In this document: one piece after another, positions 1-17,871 of the stretch
How positions within the stretch are numbered: position 1 is the first letter of the stretch
Layout of the letters: each line of letters begins with the position of its first letter
DNA from: Yuukianura sp. NJ FZ-2021
Taxonomy: Eukaryota
Assembly (NCBI GenBank): GCA_046563655.1
Contig: CM102288.1
Coordinates: 3,100,001 to 3,164,000, forward strand
Direction: 5' to 3'
DNA: 64,000 nucleotides
Notes under the pieces: model-generated
The model's input: the letters and a program-made list of their open reading frames with translations, nothing else
Database searches by the model: none
What the model was told of the DNA's origin: nothing
Position numbers and translations under genes: made by a program

Positions 1-721
1 CTGGTGACAGCATTTCTCGATGTTGCTGAGACGTTACGGTGGATGATACAGCGGCGCTGTGTTTCCTAATTCTTCTTCTCATCTTCGACTGAGGTCCCAC
101 TCCACAAGAATCTTCCGACAGAGTTCCATAATCTGATGATCCAACGCTGACAGTATCTACATTTGATGCTTTAGACTTGGACGGTTTAAGATCCACCCCT
201 GGCAAGGTTTGACTCGACGGAGGAGTTGGTCCGTAACCACTGTCGTCGCTCGTTACGCTTAAATTGAGTCGTGTAATTTCTTTGGTCGGAGCCTCCACCT
301 TGCTGATTAGCCGTAGAGAACGTCGTTGTTGACGATGATGGTGGTAGGAGGGAACGAAAGGTAAATCCAGTAATGGGACACATGAATTGGGATGCGGCGG
401 AGGCGGATTGGACCAGAATTCTTCATGCTGCGGTACTAATCCTGTTCCGATTTGATTAACATGCTGTTGTGTTGCTGTATCTTCAATATCATGCGGAAAC
501 GATGCTTCTTCATCAAAAGGTGGCAGAAATGGTCCTGGTTGATTGTCAAAATTAAGTGACTTCCTTGCTCTAGAAGTTCCTCTGCCACGACGACTTTCTT
601 CGTTCCTTGGTCCTCTACTACTAGTCGAGCTACTGGAAGCAGCTGAAGTTGGCCGGGAACTGGAACGTCGTCCGCGGAGATGTCTTTCAGTTGACGCAGG
701 TTTATCGCTTGGGGTACTCAT
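1..721 (-). CDS. 5' part of a Ser/Arg-rich, probably disordered protein running off the left edge (MSTPSDKPASTERHLRGRRSSSRP...)
   Basis: Manual translation gives a stop-free frame from ATG 721 to base 1 (240 codons), with an in-frame TAA just upstream and a GT-AG 5'UTR intron at 815-750. It is absent from the ORF track because no stop lies in the window. Confidence 0.75.
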   Translation of the reverse strand, partial: MSTPSDKPASTERHLRGRRSSSRPTSAASSSSTSSRGPRNEESRRGRGTSRARKSLNFDNQPGPFLPPFDEEASFPHDIEDTATQQHVNQIGTGLVPQHEEFWSNPPPPHPNSCVPLLDLPFVPSYHHHRQQRRSLRLISKVEAPTKEITRLNLSVTSDDSGYGPTPPSSQTLPGVDLKPSKSKASNVDTVSVGSSDYGTLSEDSCGVGPQSKMRRRIRKHSAAVSSTVTSQQHREMLSP

Positions 722-1911
722 GATTTAGCCCAATGTTCTTGATCTTCTCCTAACAACAAACAAACAAGTGTTAGTTAATCACGAATTAAATTCAATGGTC
801 TGTAATTGTATTTACCAGTACCGAATGGGTCATTCTTCAATCAAGAAAGATGAATCATCGTTTTCGATTAATCTAAACCTAGTTTGTCTGTCGGTCCCTT
901 TAAATTTTAAAGTGCTGTAAAAATAAGTCACTGTCACCTTCAATTTACGTTTAATAACCCGCTGGACTAACGGAATGTTAAAAATCACATGGTAAAAGTA
1001 CCGTTAGCCGTTAAGATTAACGTCAAACTAAAGATAAACAAGAAACAGCAGGGCAGTTAAACGATTTTGTTTTGATTTTGATTTACAAATTGGTAATTTG
1101 AATTTTGTACCAACGCTCTCTTTGCCCTTGCAAAATTAGGTTGAGGGTATTCAGAACATGAGGGGAAACCTCTGCACCGAAAGTTCAAAATCTTCCCCGA
1201 TGTTGCAATTTTTACCAAAATTCCTTCATTTTTAACTGCAATTTTAACTTTACATACTCTTCAGCTAGAATTAAAACTTCAATTGCAAAGTTTTATCAAT
1301 AGGAAACTTGCAAGTATTTCTAAAATTAAGCATTTTTGCAAACACATTGAAATTGAACAATATTTGTCCCCCCTTAAATTCCGAAAACGAAGCCATCGCC
1401 ACCTATCGATTGAAAATCGACATTTTAGACTAAACAATTACAATTGCTTTGGGCTTACCGCAACCGATGGTGGGGCAGCCTCAATAATAAACCGTCAATA
1501 AAAGCTATGGCCTCGAATTTGCAGTAACGTTCCTGATTCAGGGAATTCTGAAAAGATAATGGGTTAAATGTCAAGGTCAAGCTCGAACTCACTCACTGTC
1601 ACTATTTACTAACAACTAATTCAACGAAGTAACGAAAAATGGAAGTATCGGGTAGAGAAATGCTGCAGTGGTCGTACGTTGTTGTGAGCCTTCGTGTTTG
1701 AATGACGACACTCGACGTTCTACTGACAGTATATGACGCTTTGACTCCGAAGTGCAGTTTCGGACAGACCTCAACCGAACCCAACAATCCGAACCCTGTT
1801 GCCGACTTTTGCATTCCCGACACATGCCATGCCATGCCGTGCTTAGGATTTGTGGCACCATAACCTAAAATGAATTCAACAAATTAATTTAAAGTCTCAT
1901 TGATTTATTAA

Positions 1912-4790
1912 TTACCGCAACCCCATTTGTTTTTTCTTCATCTTCTTAGCCGTCTTTGTCTCCATATCTTCAAAGTGGTCTGCAAACATAATCTTAAAAA
2001 CTGGGTACATCAGAGGCACCTTCCAGAGGTCACTCAGCCGAAGTGTCATGTTGTCAAAAGCAATTCCCACGGTCTTGTCCAAGTCTCCATTGATCTTCGG
2101 CACCTTCGCATACCTCTGACTAAAATGTGTTAACATTGTAAACTTTGCATTCATCTTCCTCCCCATATCAATCGCCTCTGACACTGTAGAATGCATCTTG
2201 ATCACCGCCTCATCCTTCAGCTCATCTTCCATCGTAGCTTCATGGATCAGCAGGTCACAGTTCCTTCCAATACTTACAAGAGTGTCACATGGCATAGTGT
2301 CACCAGAGTAAGTTACTTTCCACCCACTTGGTCCTGTTATTGACACGCCAAAGGCATTGGGACAGTGACGAACCGGACAAGTTTGGATCTTGGTTAGTCC
2401 TGTGGCGTCATAAAACCGGGATGCAAGTTCTGGATCTATTGAGGCTTCTGGATAGACAATACTTGCGTTAGGGACGATTTCGTAGAGGTGACTAATCGGC
2501 TGAAAATGCTTGTGGTAGAGGTGGAGCCATGATTGGATTTGATTAGGCGCCACTAGGAAGACAGGCTGGAACGGTATGTTTAGCTTCTGGAAGGCAGTGT
2601 GACGCTTTTGTAGAAGATTGAACAAGCCAAGATGATGATCAGCATGAAGATGTGAGACGTAAATTGCATTCAACTCCACCAGCAAGTTCTCTACGGCATC
2701 TCCAAAGAATCGGACAAGTTGTCCATATGTACCCTCGCCACAATCCAGTATCATAGACGAACCAGGCCTGAAATCAATCACAAAAATTCAGAAATGTAAA
2801 GACATTGGCAGTACAATAACAAACTACTGGCAGTATCTTACGAGATTCTTAGGAGAATAGCACTTGTATTCCTTGTTTTGTTGGGAATACAAGATCCAGT
2901 ACCGAGAAAAGTTACTTCAGGATATTCTAACGTGGACAACGTTGGGCTGCCACTTCGCTGTGCCAGCTCTGCCTTCAGCAGATCCAGTGAAGGTTGGAAG
3001 TCCGGTAGAACAGTGACCTCTTTCACAAACTCTTGACCGTTGACGTGGACAGCTGCTGAAGTGTCCACACCAATATCTGGTCTCAAGTTGTACCTCAGTA
3101 AAGCTGTCGCATGTAACAATGGAAACTTAAGTTCAGCATCAGCGTCAGTACTATCCTTGTCTTTCTCTTCAGGTTTTTCGTTCTTGAGTAGTGGAAAGAG
3201 TTGAGTATCGACCATGTTCAGTTTATATTGGGCTCGGTAGGCAGCTTCGTTGCCCTGATCTTCACATAGTTCGTTCAACAGTATGTGTCGAGTAGAATAT
3301 CGGAACTTTTTCATCCATGCGGTGTAGATGGGGTGATTGAAGATGTGCTGCGGAGTAAAGTGGACTACAACGTGAGCACAATCGTCTTCAGGAATATCGT
3401 CTCGGTGAAACATGGCCAACTGCTCGCTGCTTGTCAGAGATTCCAAGTACTCCTCAGAGGGGCAGTCAACGACTGTAAGCACACAAAAAAAAATAAAAAT
3501 TCCGATCGATGAAATTAGTACTTCTAGGAATACTGGTAAAAACAAGTACCGATAAAAACTGTCGCAGCGGCATCTGGACCCCGAACATCAGCTGATTTCA
3601 CAATGCGTCCGTTCGGTAGCGTAACGTCTTCGCCGTTTTTGAGTTTACCCAGCAACGGTCCAGCTGGAACACCGAAATCCATACACTTCTGGATTAGTAG
3701 CACACCAGTTTTGGGTTTTGGTGTACAAATGTAGCAGAAGACATGGTGTGATGGCCCAGAAGAATCCAGTTTTAGCTTCTTCTCAACTAAAAGTAAACAA
3801 AAAATTCAAAATTGGATTTTGAGAAAGTAAACAATCAGACGTTCGGGTAGTTGCACTATCCATTCTGTTTGTACTGACTTGAACTGTGACCTTGTATTTC
3901 CAATCTCCTTTTTTCTCCTTGAACATTAGCAGAGTGAGCGTAGTAATCAATGTCATCAACTTCTTCCGGTGTACCGTTACCACCGTTGTCCTTGTCGTTG
4001 TCAATTGTGTCAGCAGACTTTTCTGGAAGGAGTCTGACATAGTCGATTCGCATGACATGGTCCTCGAAGAACCCTACGTTAGGATCAGCAACTTCAATTT
4101 TCATGTCCTTCAGGATAACGAACCGTCGTGCGCCTTCAAACAAGTTTTCCTATGAAGCCACAAATAATACAAACGTTAAGTGGCTGTTTCAATCAAGTGC
4201 TTAGTCCAGTGTTGTTCAAATGCTTACCAGACCAGACGGTCCATGGAGTGTGACAGACGGTACTCCAATATCTTGTATCGTTAGAGCTGCTCCTGGAATT
4301 CCTCCAATACGAGTCCATACTGCGTCCGTGATAAAGATGTGTTCTAATTTGGCCAATTTCATTTTGTGTTCATGAGCCAAACGTTGTGTACCCTCTCCGC
4401 AGTTAAACAGATACCTAGAATCATAAAAAAGAATATAAAATCAGGAAATCAATGAATACCAATTGCTTTCAGTCCCGGTCAGTATTTCTACCTGGTCTGA
4501 TCAGTAAACAAGTACAGCGATGCTGGAGATCCTTTGGCCCCATTTCCAAGTACTTCTAGCCGAATGAATCCAGCTGGGAACTTGGAATTGACCTCTTTCT
4601 TGACCATCCTTCCGGACTTAAGGCCTGGAATGTGAACTGGATCCTTCGGCATGGAGATGAGTAGATCATGCAGTGAATTCGCTTTACTTTGGATCTTCTC
4701 TGCTGATTTTAGGTTGAGCTGATGCAATCCAAGACCGGTCTTAGCAGAACTATGACATTGCCGGACAAGAACTCGACAAAGTAAACTCAT
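1912..4790 (-). CDS. ELAC2: Ribonuclease Z (tRNase Z, long form), multi-exon
   Basis: Spliced ORFs contain FLGTGSCIPNKTRNTS, LDCGEGTYGQL, SHLHADHHLG (HxHxDH), YSGDTMPC, LIHEAT and LTHFSQRY, plus the N-terminal pseudo-domain (FNCGEGTQR) and flexible arm (PAGPLLGKLKNG). Confidence 0.97.
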
Positions 4791-5158
4791 TCGGCTCTCC
4801 ACGACGAAAATTAAACGAATGTTGACTAAATTGTAGTAACGGATTTCAGTATTTTGAGTCAATTTTCGTTAACAGATCGTTAATCAGATTAAACAATCAA
4901 TGAATTAAAATTGAAAACAACACAAACAAACAGCTGATGAATTTTCCATGAAAATCTTTCACAAATCGAAATCGCACATGTGATTTCAAAATCTCGAAAA
5001 ATTTTCCCGCGTAAACTGGACGCTTCCCGACCTCGACTTACACACATGAACATTTTTTGGGAATTTTTTTTTCAAAACACCGGTTTTTTAGGTTTACTTG
5101 TCCTAAAAAATATACTGATCACAAAAAATTTAGTAAAAAGTGAAGCCATTTTGAAAAC

Positions 5159-7350
5159 TTAACGTGTTTGTGTAGCTCGTTTCTTCTTTGTCTTCGGTTG
5201 ATGCTTGTAAGCTTCCGAACAATCTTCCAATCGCAAGTACCCACCTTCTCTGTCTGCCAAGTCATCAATTGGTCCATGGGGATGAAACCCACCCGCTGAA
5301 GGACGAAGGGTACCCAGGCCCTTCAAGTGGGTATTGAAAGTACCCAGTTGCGTCCCACGCCAAACACTGTCCCCCTTCTCATGCAAAACGTATTTAGGAC
5401 CAGGACTATCCGTAAGCTCAGATGCTGTTCGTTCTCCAGTCGTTTTGATGTTGCCTCCAGGACTTGGTTCAGCAGGAATCAAGTACTTGGGTCCAGGAAT
5501 GTCCGGATCTGGAGTGTCCAAGGTCTTACGTCCACATCCAGAATTGTTAAAAGCAGTCCAAGAACATCCGCGTGGAGCAAACCAGTCACGTTTTGCTTTG
5601 ATTGCTTTCATACCACTGGCAGTTTCATAAATCGGACCAGGCGAATTCTAGAAAACAAAATTCAAAATTTTCGTTTCTTGTTTTCAAAATTGTGAAAATT
5701 GTTAAATCAGCTTACGACACTTGGTTCTGGACAGCAGTGGTATGGATAAGTAGGGTACTTCTTGGGTCTCAAGTTTCGCCATTTCCCGGGTACCGTTTCG
5801 GTATCACACCTTCCGCGAATTGCATCCAAATGATAGTCTTCCGCAATTTCTTTTTGGCGTGCTTCCGCTGACGTCAAAAATCCAAGGCGCGGATTACAAA
5901 CCGCCGGCCTATGCTTCCAAAGAGCCCGGCACATTTCGTCCGTGAAACTGCGAATGTGATACCGATTGGGCGGTGGACGTTGACAGGCTTCGCGAGTCTC
6001 AGAATTTCGAAATCTGCAGGCCGTGGTCAAAAATGGAGCTCGTGGTGGGAGTCTTAGTCTTGGATAACCCCAAAGTGGATACTCCAGATCATCCACAGTC
6101 ATGTCCGTTCGAAAGTAGGCTTGTGGCCCTGGACCCACAACTTTGTCTGGAAATCCTAAAATTGGCACTGTGGATTTGAATGGAGCCGAAACGGCGTTGC
6201 GTGAAGGACAGTCAAAGTCCCTAGGAATGCAATGATCGGCTGGTCCTGGATGTGGCTTGCTTGCTTCTCGCATGACGAGATCCATGAGTCTAGGACAACT
6301 TTCGTCAGAAGTGGTTGACTTTGATAGAAAAATGCCTCCGTTTGGATTCAGTGGCTGTGCAGTGTAGTACTCGGCTGGACCAGCTCCTTCTTTTGGCTTG
6401 AAAACGTCTCCCCTCTCAGCGTTCTTGGAGAAATCTAGCATTGGAGGCACTTTGGACAGACTCGTGTAGATCTAAATACCAAATAAAATTTCAACTTAGT
6501 TTCAAAACTTTTTCTTTTCTTTTTTTTTTGAAATTTTGAATTTTTGGAAATCACTTTGAATATATCGTAAATAGGACCAGGCTGCGTGTTGATTCGTTTC
6601 GGTTTTCTCCAGGGGTACATTCTGTGATCCCCGCCTTGGATGAAACATCGGATATCCAGTGGATGGAAAACGCTTGGAGTGTTGTTCGAAACATGCTTGG
6701 GATACTTGACCCGTGGCTATGAAGAAAAAAAAAACATTTTGAAAGTGTCAACTTTTGAAAAAAAAATTTCTTGAGTTTTTGGTTATAGCAATTACCCGCA
6801 TTGTATTGCATTGATGATAAATTTCAGCAGTTCTCATTTCCCACGGATCTCCAGTGGGATCTCCAGGGCCGGCTCCAGGAGTATCGTATTTGTTGCATGG
6901 GAATCGATCGCCCCAGAGCATACCGATGGTGCCCTGAAATTGAAAAAGAAATTTTAAAAGAACAATTCAAACATTACACGAAATTTCAAATTTTTTGAAG
7001 TCCTTCAAGTGCTTAACGTACGCTTGCGTTTTGAGGCAGTTTTTCAGGATTGTAGGATCCGGGACCTGGATTTTCATCGCAGTTGTAGGTTTTTCTTTCT
7101 TCAGTTGTATCAAACGGGGCAACAGTTTCTAAAAAACAACAAAGAAACTAGATTTAGAACATTGAACCCCAGTGGGTAGTAGAGGTCAAGGTCAAATGTT
7201 TACTTGAATACCTTCAAGTGTCTTGATGCAGTGGTTGTCCACAGTGTAACTGTTTGGGCCCACAGTTTCCGGAGTTTCGGAAGTTGATAAGATGCCTTGA
7301 CGTGGCGCTGTGGTGTACACTGTGAGTGACCCAGGTCGCGAGTACAGCAT
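5159..7350 (-). CDS. Sperm-tail PG-rich (SHIPPO/ODF3/STPG-type) repeat protein, multi-exon
   Basis: Repeated PGP-x-x-Y motifs (VGPNSY, PGPGSY, QPGPIY, GPAEYY, GPGPQAY, IPGPKY, SPGPKY) across about 6 exons; ATG 7350, stop 5159. Confidence 0.75.
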
Positions 7351-7561
7351 TGTTCAAGTTTGTGAATTTGGACAAACACTTTTTCTAAATCAAAAAAGGA
7401 AGTCTTAAAACCTAACTTTTAAAAACTACTAAACTAAAAGACTTCAAAATTATTAAAAAGTTTTCTCATTCAGTACTGAATGCAGTAGTAAGTAGTGCCA
7501 ATTTTCAACGTTTTTGTCATGTTGTTGTTTATACTGAAAAAAGAAAGTCAACAACATTTTT

Positions 7562-7575
7562 GTTGCCTATTCAAC
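7562..7575 (+). promoter_or_regulatory. Candidate RFX X-box in the divergent promoter between the PG-repeat gene and DRC1
   Basis: GTTGCCTATTCAAC resembles the GTTNCC-NN-GGNAAC X-box and lies between two head-to-head axonemal genes. The match is imperfect. Confidence 0.4.
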
Positions 7576-7764
7576 TCTTGGGTTGAAGATTTCAATTTCT
7601 TGAACATTTTCGGAAACGGTTACCAGCGTTACCGCGGAAAAGTTGTGTTTGGTCGATAATCCGGATTGAATTACCTTTTGAATGCTTTGGAAGTCTTGAA
7701 ATTTTGACATGATTTTTGTTGTTTCGAAAACTTGAGGTCACTGCTGTTGTTTTAATTTTTGAAA

Positions 7765-10700
7765 ATGTACGCAGTCCAGCCGAAGCAACCCTGTGCAACA
7801 TGTCCGCTAGACGGAGAAGAATCGATCAGAGCCAGAGAAGAACGGATCGAACGTCGTCGAGCTCGAATTGAAGCTAAAATTACTGCGTAAGATACTGCCA
7901 AGTAGTCAAAATTTGGATACTTCTCAGTTCTCAAACTTACTTTTTTGTAACTTTATAGCGAGAAAGTACCAGAGGCAGCTGAACTACAAGAGGAAGACAG
8001 GCCACATACAGAGGGCACTGCTTACTCGTCTTCTGGAGGCAGTGAATCGTCCAGTTCTTCTGGAAAAGGAAAAGGCGACGGAGATGAAGAAGAAGAAGGT
8101 GACGAAGATGACGATGGAGAAGCCTACTACCCTCCACTTCCGCCAACTCCACCGGAAGATGCTCTGGATGGTGAAGGTGTATCTGAAGGCGGGAGTGAAA
8201 GTAGTGAAGATTCTGGAGAAGACGAAGCATCCACCGGAGATCCATTTTATGCCACCGACGAAGACCCTGAAGATCCTTATCAAGCCAGTTTCGACAAACA
8301 AAAGGAGCAGAGTCGACGCAACATTGCTTTGATTATGCGCGATGGAGATACTTGGGTAAGCCAGGATTCACAAAACCTGAAATTTCAACAAAATTCCATC
8401 AATTTCAAAAATTTTTGAAAAGTATTGAAAAATACCCTGTTCCAAAGGTGACCAATGTCAAAGTAGCCGCAGAAGCCCGGGAATTCGAACGTCGCGAGCG
8501 TGTCAAGGCCCTAAGGAAAGAACGTTTTGAAAAATTACAAAAAGAGGCGGCTGAAGCTGAAGAAATTTACAAGGAATTGGAGCAAGGTTGGAACATCAAG
8601 GCTGAGAAAGTACTGCCACTGGAGCTGTACGACAAGATCCAAGAGCAGCAACGGGCTGCTGATCGTCTTCTGGAACGCAAAGATATTCAAATTGACGAAC
8701 TCCGAAGTATTTTGGACGAAGCTGATTGGGAATTTGAAGAAGTTCTTGGCTTTTACCAAAAAGATATTGTGCTCATGGGAGATCGAATTGACGATCTCAT
8801 GGATACCCTCTTTGCATCGTTCATCAATGAGTTTGAATTAATCGAGGTTAGTTTACAAAAATTTTCAAAATTTTCAAAATCTTACCAAAATTTTGAATAC
8901 TGGCCATTTCAGGAGCAAGTACAGACAGAAGAAGCCGAGATGATGGCAGAGTATCAGACGCAGTGGGAAGACATGATGAGCCAATACGAACAGGCTGAAC
9001 GAGACTCGCTGGAACTACGTGAAAGTCAAGCGCTGAATCGCTTTGCCTCAATGGGCCAAAAATTCCAGACAGTTAAAGAGGAAATGCGTTCATTTCGACG
9101 TCAACTGGAAGACGATTACCGGACGCTTGTTCTTCTTTTTGAAAATTTCAAGTTCGCTTCGCTCCTAAACACAGAAAAATTGGATTACAATCTCAAAGTA
9201 GTTCGGAGACGGGAACAAGAAAACTTGCGAATGCGCAGTAGTTTGAAACGGGCAGTACTCAAGTATCGTGATATTTTCAATGCCTTACAAGATGAATTTG
9301 CTGCTGTCGTGAGTGCTGCTAAGAAGGAGGCGAAAGATGTCATCAAAGAGGCTAATCGTCTTCAGGAACAAAATGTCAAGGCCCTTCGGACGCTTTTTCA
9401 CATGGCCCGAGTTGACTACTTGAAATTCATGGACTACTGGACAGGATCGGAAGATCAAGCAAGACGAAGGCTCCAACTGCTGCTGGACATCCAGGAATTT
9501 GTGTTCAGAAAGATGCTGGGTCTGACGCTTCCGAAAACGGACTTGTCCTGTCTTGACATCCGGCCAAATGAAGTCCAAACTCACATTTTTCAACTGGATT
9601 ATGACGAAGAGATTAGTAAGTTTGAATTTTCTAAAAATTTTGAAAAAATTTGAAAAGTTTATACTCATTAACAAAATTTTGTGACTCTTGATTTTCTTAC
9701 TGTTGCAGAGAAGGCTGAACTTGGTGACCCGACAGCGTGGGGCCAAAAACCAGCGATTAGTGAAACTGAAGCTCAAGTACAAGTTGCTGGAGCTGGCGAT
9801 GGTGTTGATGAGTTTGACTGGAGCGAAGGTGCAAACGCTGAATCGCTTCCAGTTTCTGACGTTGCTGCTGCACAAAAAGGCGGGAAAACTAAAAAGCTAA
9901 AGCCCACTCCAAGTTTTTTGTTGGACTGGAGTCCATCGCTGTACCTCCTTCCAGAACCTGAAACAGACCAAATTTTTCAGCGCAAAGTGATGAACGAATT
10001 GGCAAGAGTCATTGGAGAAGAAACTGGATTCTTACTGGAAGACAAATTACGAAAAGTTTTAGCCTCCCTGATGAAAACTGAGAAAAATCTTGTCCAATTC
10101 GACGCTGTTTTGACTGTGCTGGGAATCAAGACGCTGGAAGACATGCAACTGTTGGCCCGATACATGATTCGGCACTGCACCGTGATGAAGGGCATCCTCG
10201 CAAAGGTAAAACAGAGACATTAGTAGCTGAATCAATTGATTTACATAGTTAATTAATCGATTAATTGATAAACCTTACACTGTCCATGTTTAGTGGGACG
10301 ACGCTCCGACGCCTCTGCTCCAATCCATGCAAGTCAGTTTCGAGGAAATCCCGAGCGAGTTTACTTCAGTTGAAACCATAGCCCTGGAGCGTCTCAACCA
10401 AGAAATCAGTCGTCGTCTTCTGGATATTGAAGATGACGAGCAGCAGGCTGAGCTCAAACCGGTCGTTTTGCCCCGAATTTTATACTGTGACGAAGTTGAA
10501 GCCGAAGCGATGAGACAGAGAGAAGCGCTAGGTGAAGAAGTTGAACTTCCCGGTGAAGGAGAAGAGGTCATGGGTCAAATTTTGGAATCAGCGCCAGCAT
10601 TCCAGGAAGAAGAAGGAGAAGGTGCGGACAGGATTTCGCATTCCACAGGATCCATGGACACTCCAGACGGTTGCAAACGACGAACACTTTCATTGTAAGC

Positions 10701-11530
10701 AAAACTTCAAATTTTGAGAATCCAGTTACTGGGTAATCTAAAAAAAAAACAATTTTTTTCGTAAACTTTTGATTTTTTAGTGTAACAGATCAAAGTATGG
10801 TCATGACCTGGTACAAGAACAGTGAAACTTGCAAATGTGTAGAAGTTTGTACATGTGAGGTGCCTGAAGAAGTCAAGGACGAAGCGATCATTCCAGAAAC
10901 TGGATCAACTGAGGATTCGGGTTCCGAAAAGGCGTCAGTATCTTCCCATCCGAGCAGTTCCATCGGACATGACGAATTTCTGTACATTGAACCGAACGAT
11001 GTACTCCGAGCGCTGGCGGGATTCCTAAGAGAATTCAATGCAAAAACAAAATTGTTAGCAAAAGTTTGCAAAATACTTGAAATTTTTTTAAAAACAAAAC
11101 TCCATACTTGAGCATCTTCGTTTCAAATTTTTGAATTCCAGGGGAAGACGAACAATCGATGAAATCATGACCGAGAAGTTAAGCAAACTCCGATTTCCGA
11201 GTGCCGATGAAATCCGAGACTACTGGAAGCAGTTTGTACCGCTGGCACAGCAATTTGATACCGACGGATTCTGGGATTCGCTGCTTCAAATTTTTACAGA
11301 GTATCATGCCATGCTCAAAGGTTCAAAAACTTCATTTCTCACCAAATCTGAAATTTCAAAATTTTGAAAAAAACTAAAAATTTGAACTTTTAGAGCGCAA
11401 TAAGGAAATGGCCGAAGTAGAAGCCATTGGACGTCAAAACGAAGAATTGGCAGCACTTCTAAGAGCACACATGGAGAAGTTCGGTGGTCCTGCAATGGAT
11501 TTGAACAGACTCATGCTTCCATACTGTTAA
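7765..11530 (+). CDS. DRC1: Dynein regulatory complex subunit 1 (CCDC164-like), with long acidic insertions
   Basis: N-terminal REERIERRRARIEAK, VTNVKVAAEARE, LNTEKLDYNLKVVRRREQEN, EETGFLLEDKL and C-terminal RQNEELAALL match DRC1 blocks; ATG 7765, TAA 11528-11530. Confidence 0.88.
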
Positions 11531-11840
11531 AACTAAACAAATCACAACACTTCAATTAATCAATTAAGCAACATTTAATTGTTCTTACTAAACAAAAGGA
11601 AAAAGTAGATTCATGAGATTAAACTTTACAAAAACAGTGAAAACTGGAGAGCAGACGTAATTTAAATATTACGAAAGTTATTTATATAATAACTTATTAT
11701 TACATAAGAAAAATGAACACCCATACCTTAACTTTCCAGCTACCAAAACTTAACTTCTACCTTCCTAGAGTCCTAGTCCTAAGCATCCACAAACGAGATA
11801 CTTGCACAGTATCTACTAACAAGATATTTCCGCAGTATCT

Positions 11841-16751
<4,911 letters not shown>

Positions 16752-17871
16752 TCTGTTATGGCGCTCCCTGCTTCAATCCCGGAAGTTCTGTATAATCCTC
16801 CCCTGAAGTTACCACACCATACCTGTTCAGTCGGGAAAAAATCGATTAGGGCCATTGTTGTTGATGTCGGTAAGGATTGATTGATCTTACGTCTACGTGT
16901 AATATGGTTTCTCTTTCTAGTTCAAATTCTAATCATATCCTTAACTTACCAATTCTCCCGCTCACGCGTCAATTTAATCGTGTCGATTAGCGTTGACCTT
17001 TCTTAGAACGTTTTTGACAAAACAATTGAAAAATTGACGAATCTTCTGTCCAAGTCCAAAAGACTCAAAACAATGGCTAAAAAATCACTGACTAAAATTA
17101 GGCGCTCGATTGTTTCCTACAGCCTTTGTTTGATTATGCAACTGCTGTAAAAGATACCTTGATAGGGGACACACCCTCGGCATTGTTGGACAGGTCATCG
17201 GTCAACTAATTAATCAGGGTCACTAACGGTGCTCTCTAATACATAATTTACTCAAGTAATTACTTATAATATTTCTACTTATTTTACTCTTAAAGTATAC
17301 ACAGTTAGTTGTTAATTATCATCAATTTTGCATAGAAGTTTCAAAATACATAAAAATCAATAACGCATTTATTTTTTTATACCCAGCTAAAAGACGGGTG
17401 CAGGGTGGATGTTTGAGTAACCTCAAAATTTATCACGCAAAACCCTGTAATTGCAATTCCAAAACAAGAATGGCAATTGCTTTTCATGTTGTTTCGGATT
17501 TTGCCACTTTTGTCGTAACTATTTCCTTACGGTTGCAAAATCATCTGCTTGATCATCTGTTTGTCGTAATTTCCCACGGTCATTTTATTTATTTTTTCGC
17601 ACTCACATACCTTTCTACTTTGACCTTTTGACCCCGTCTTCTTCTGCATTTCACGATGGCTAATACAGGCGGAAGAGATTGTTAGAGACAAGAGCTCGGA
17701 TTAAAATTAATTAGGACAAGGAATTAAGATCAGCAGTTGTATTGTGTTTCTACAAATCCTTCATTCTCATTTCGTTCACACGTTTACGAATTCAACTGAA
17801 CTTCCATATCTGCTTCTGATTTATAAGAGAATAGTTTAATTGAAATTATAATCATAGTCGATGTGTAGAGA

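Noticed and set aside
1602..1915. Possible extra 3' exon of RNase Z (GTAATT donor at the stop, TTTTAG acceptor at 1865) or small ORFs 1602..1835 and 1616..1861
   Set aside because: The intron would be only 51 nt and add six residues; the ORFs show no recognisable motif. Most simply 3'UTR; needs RNA-seq.
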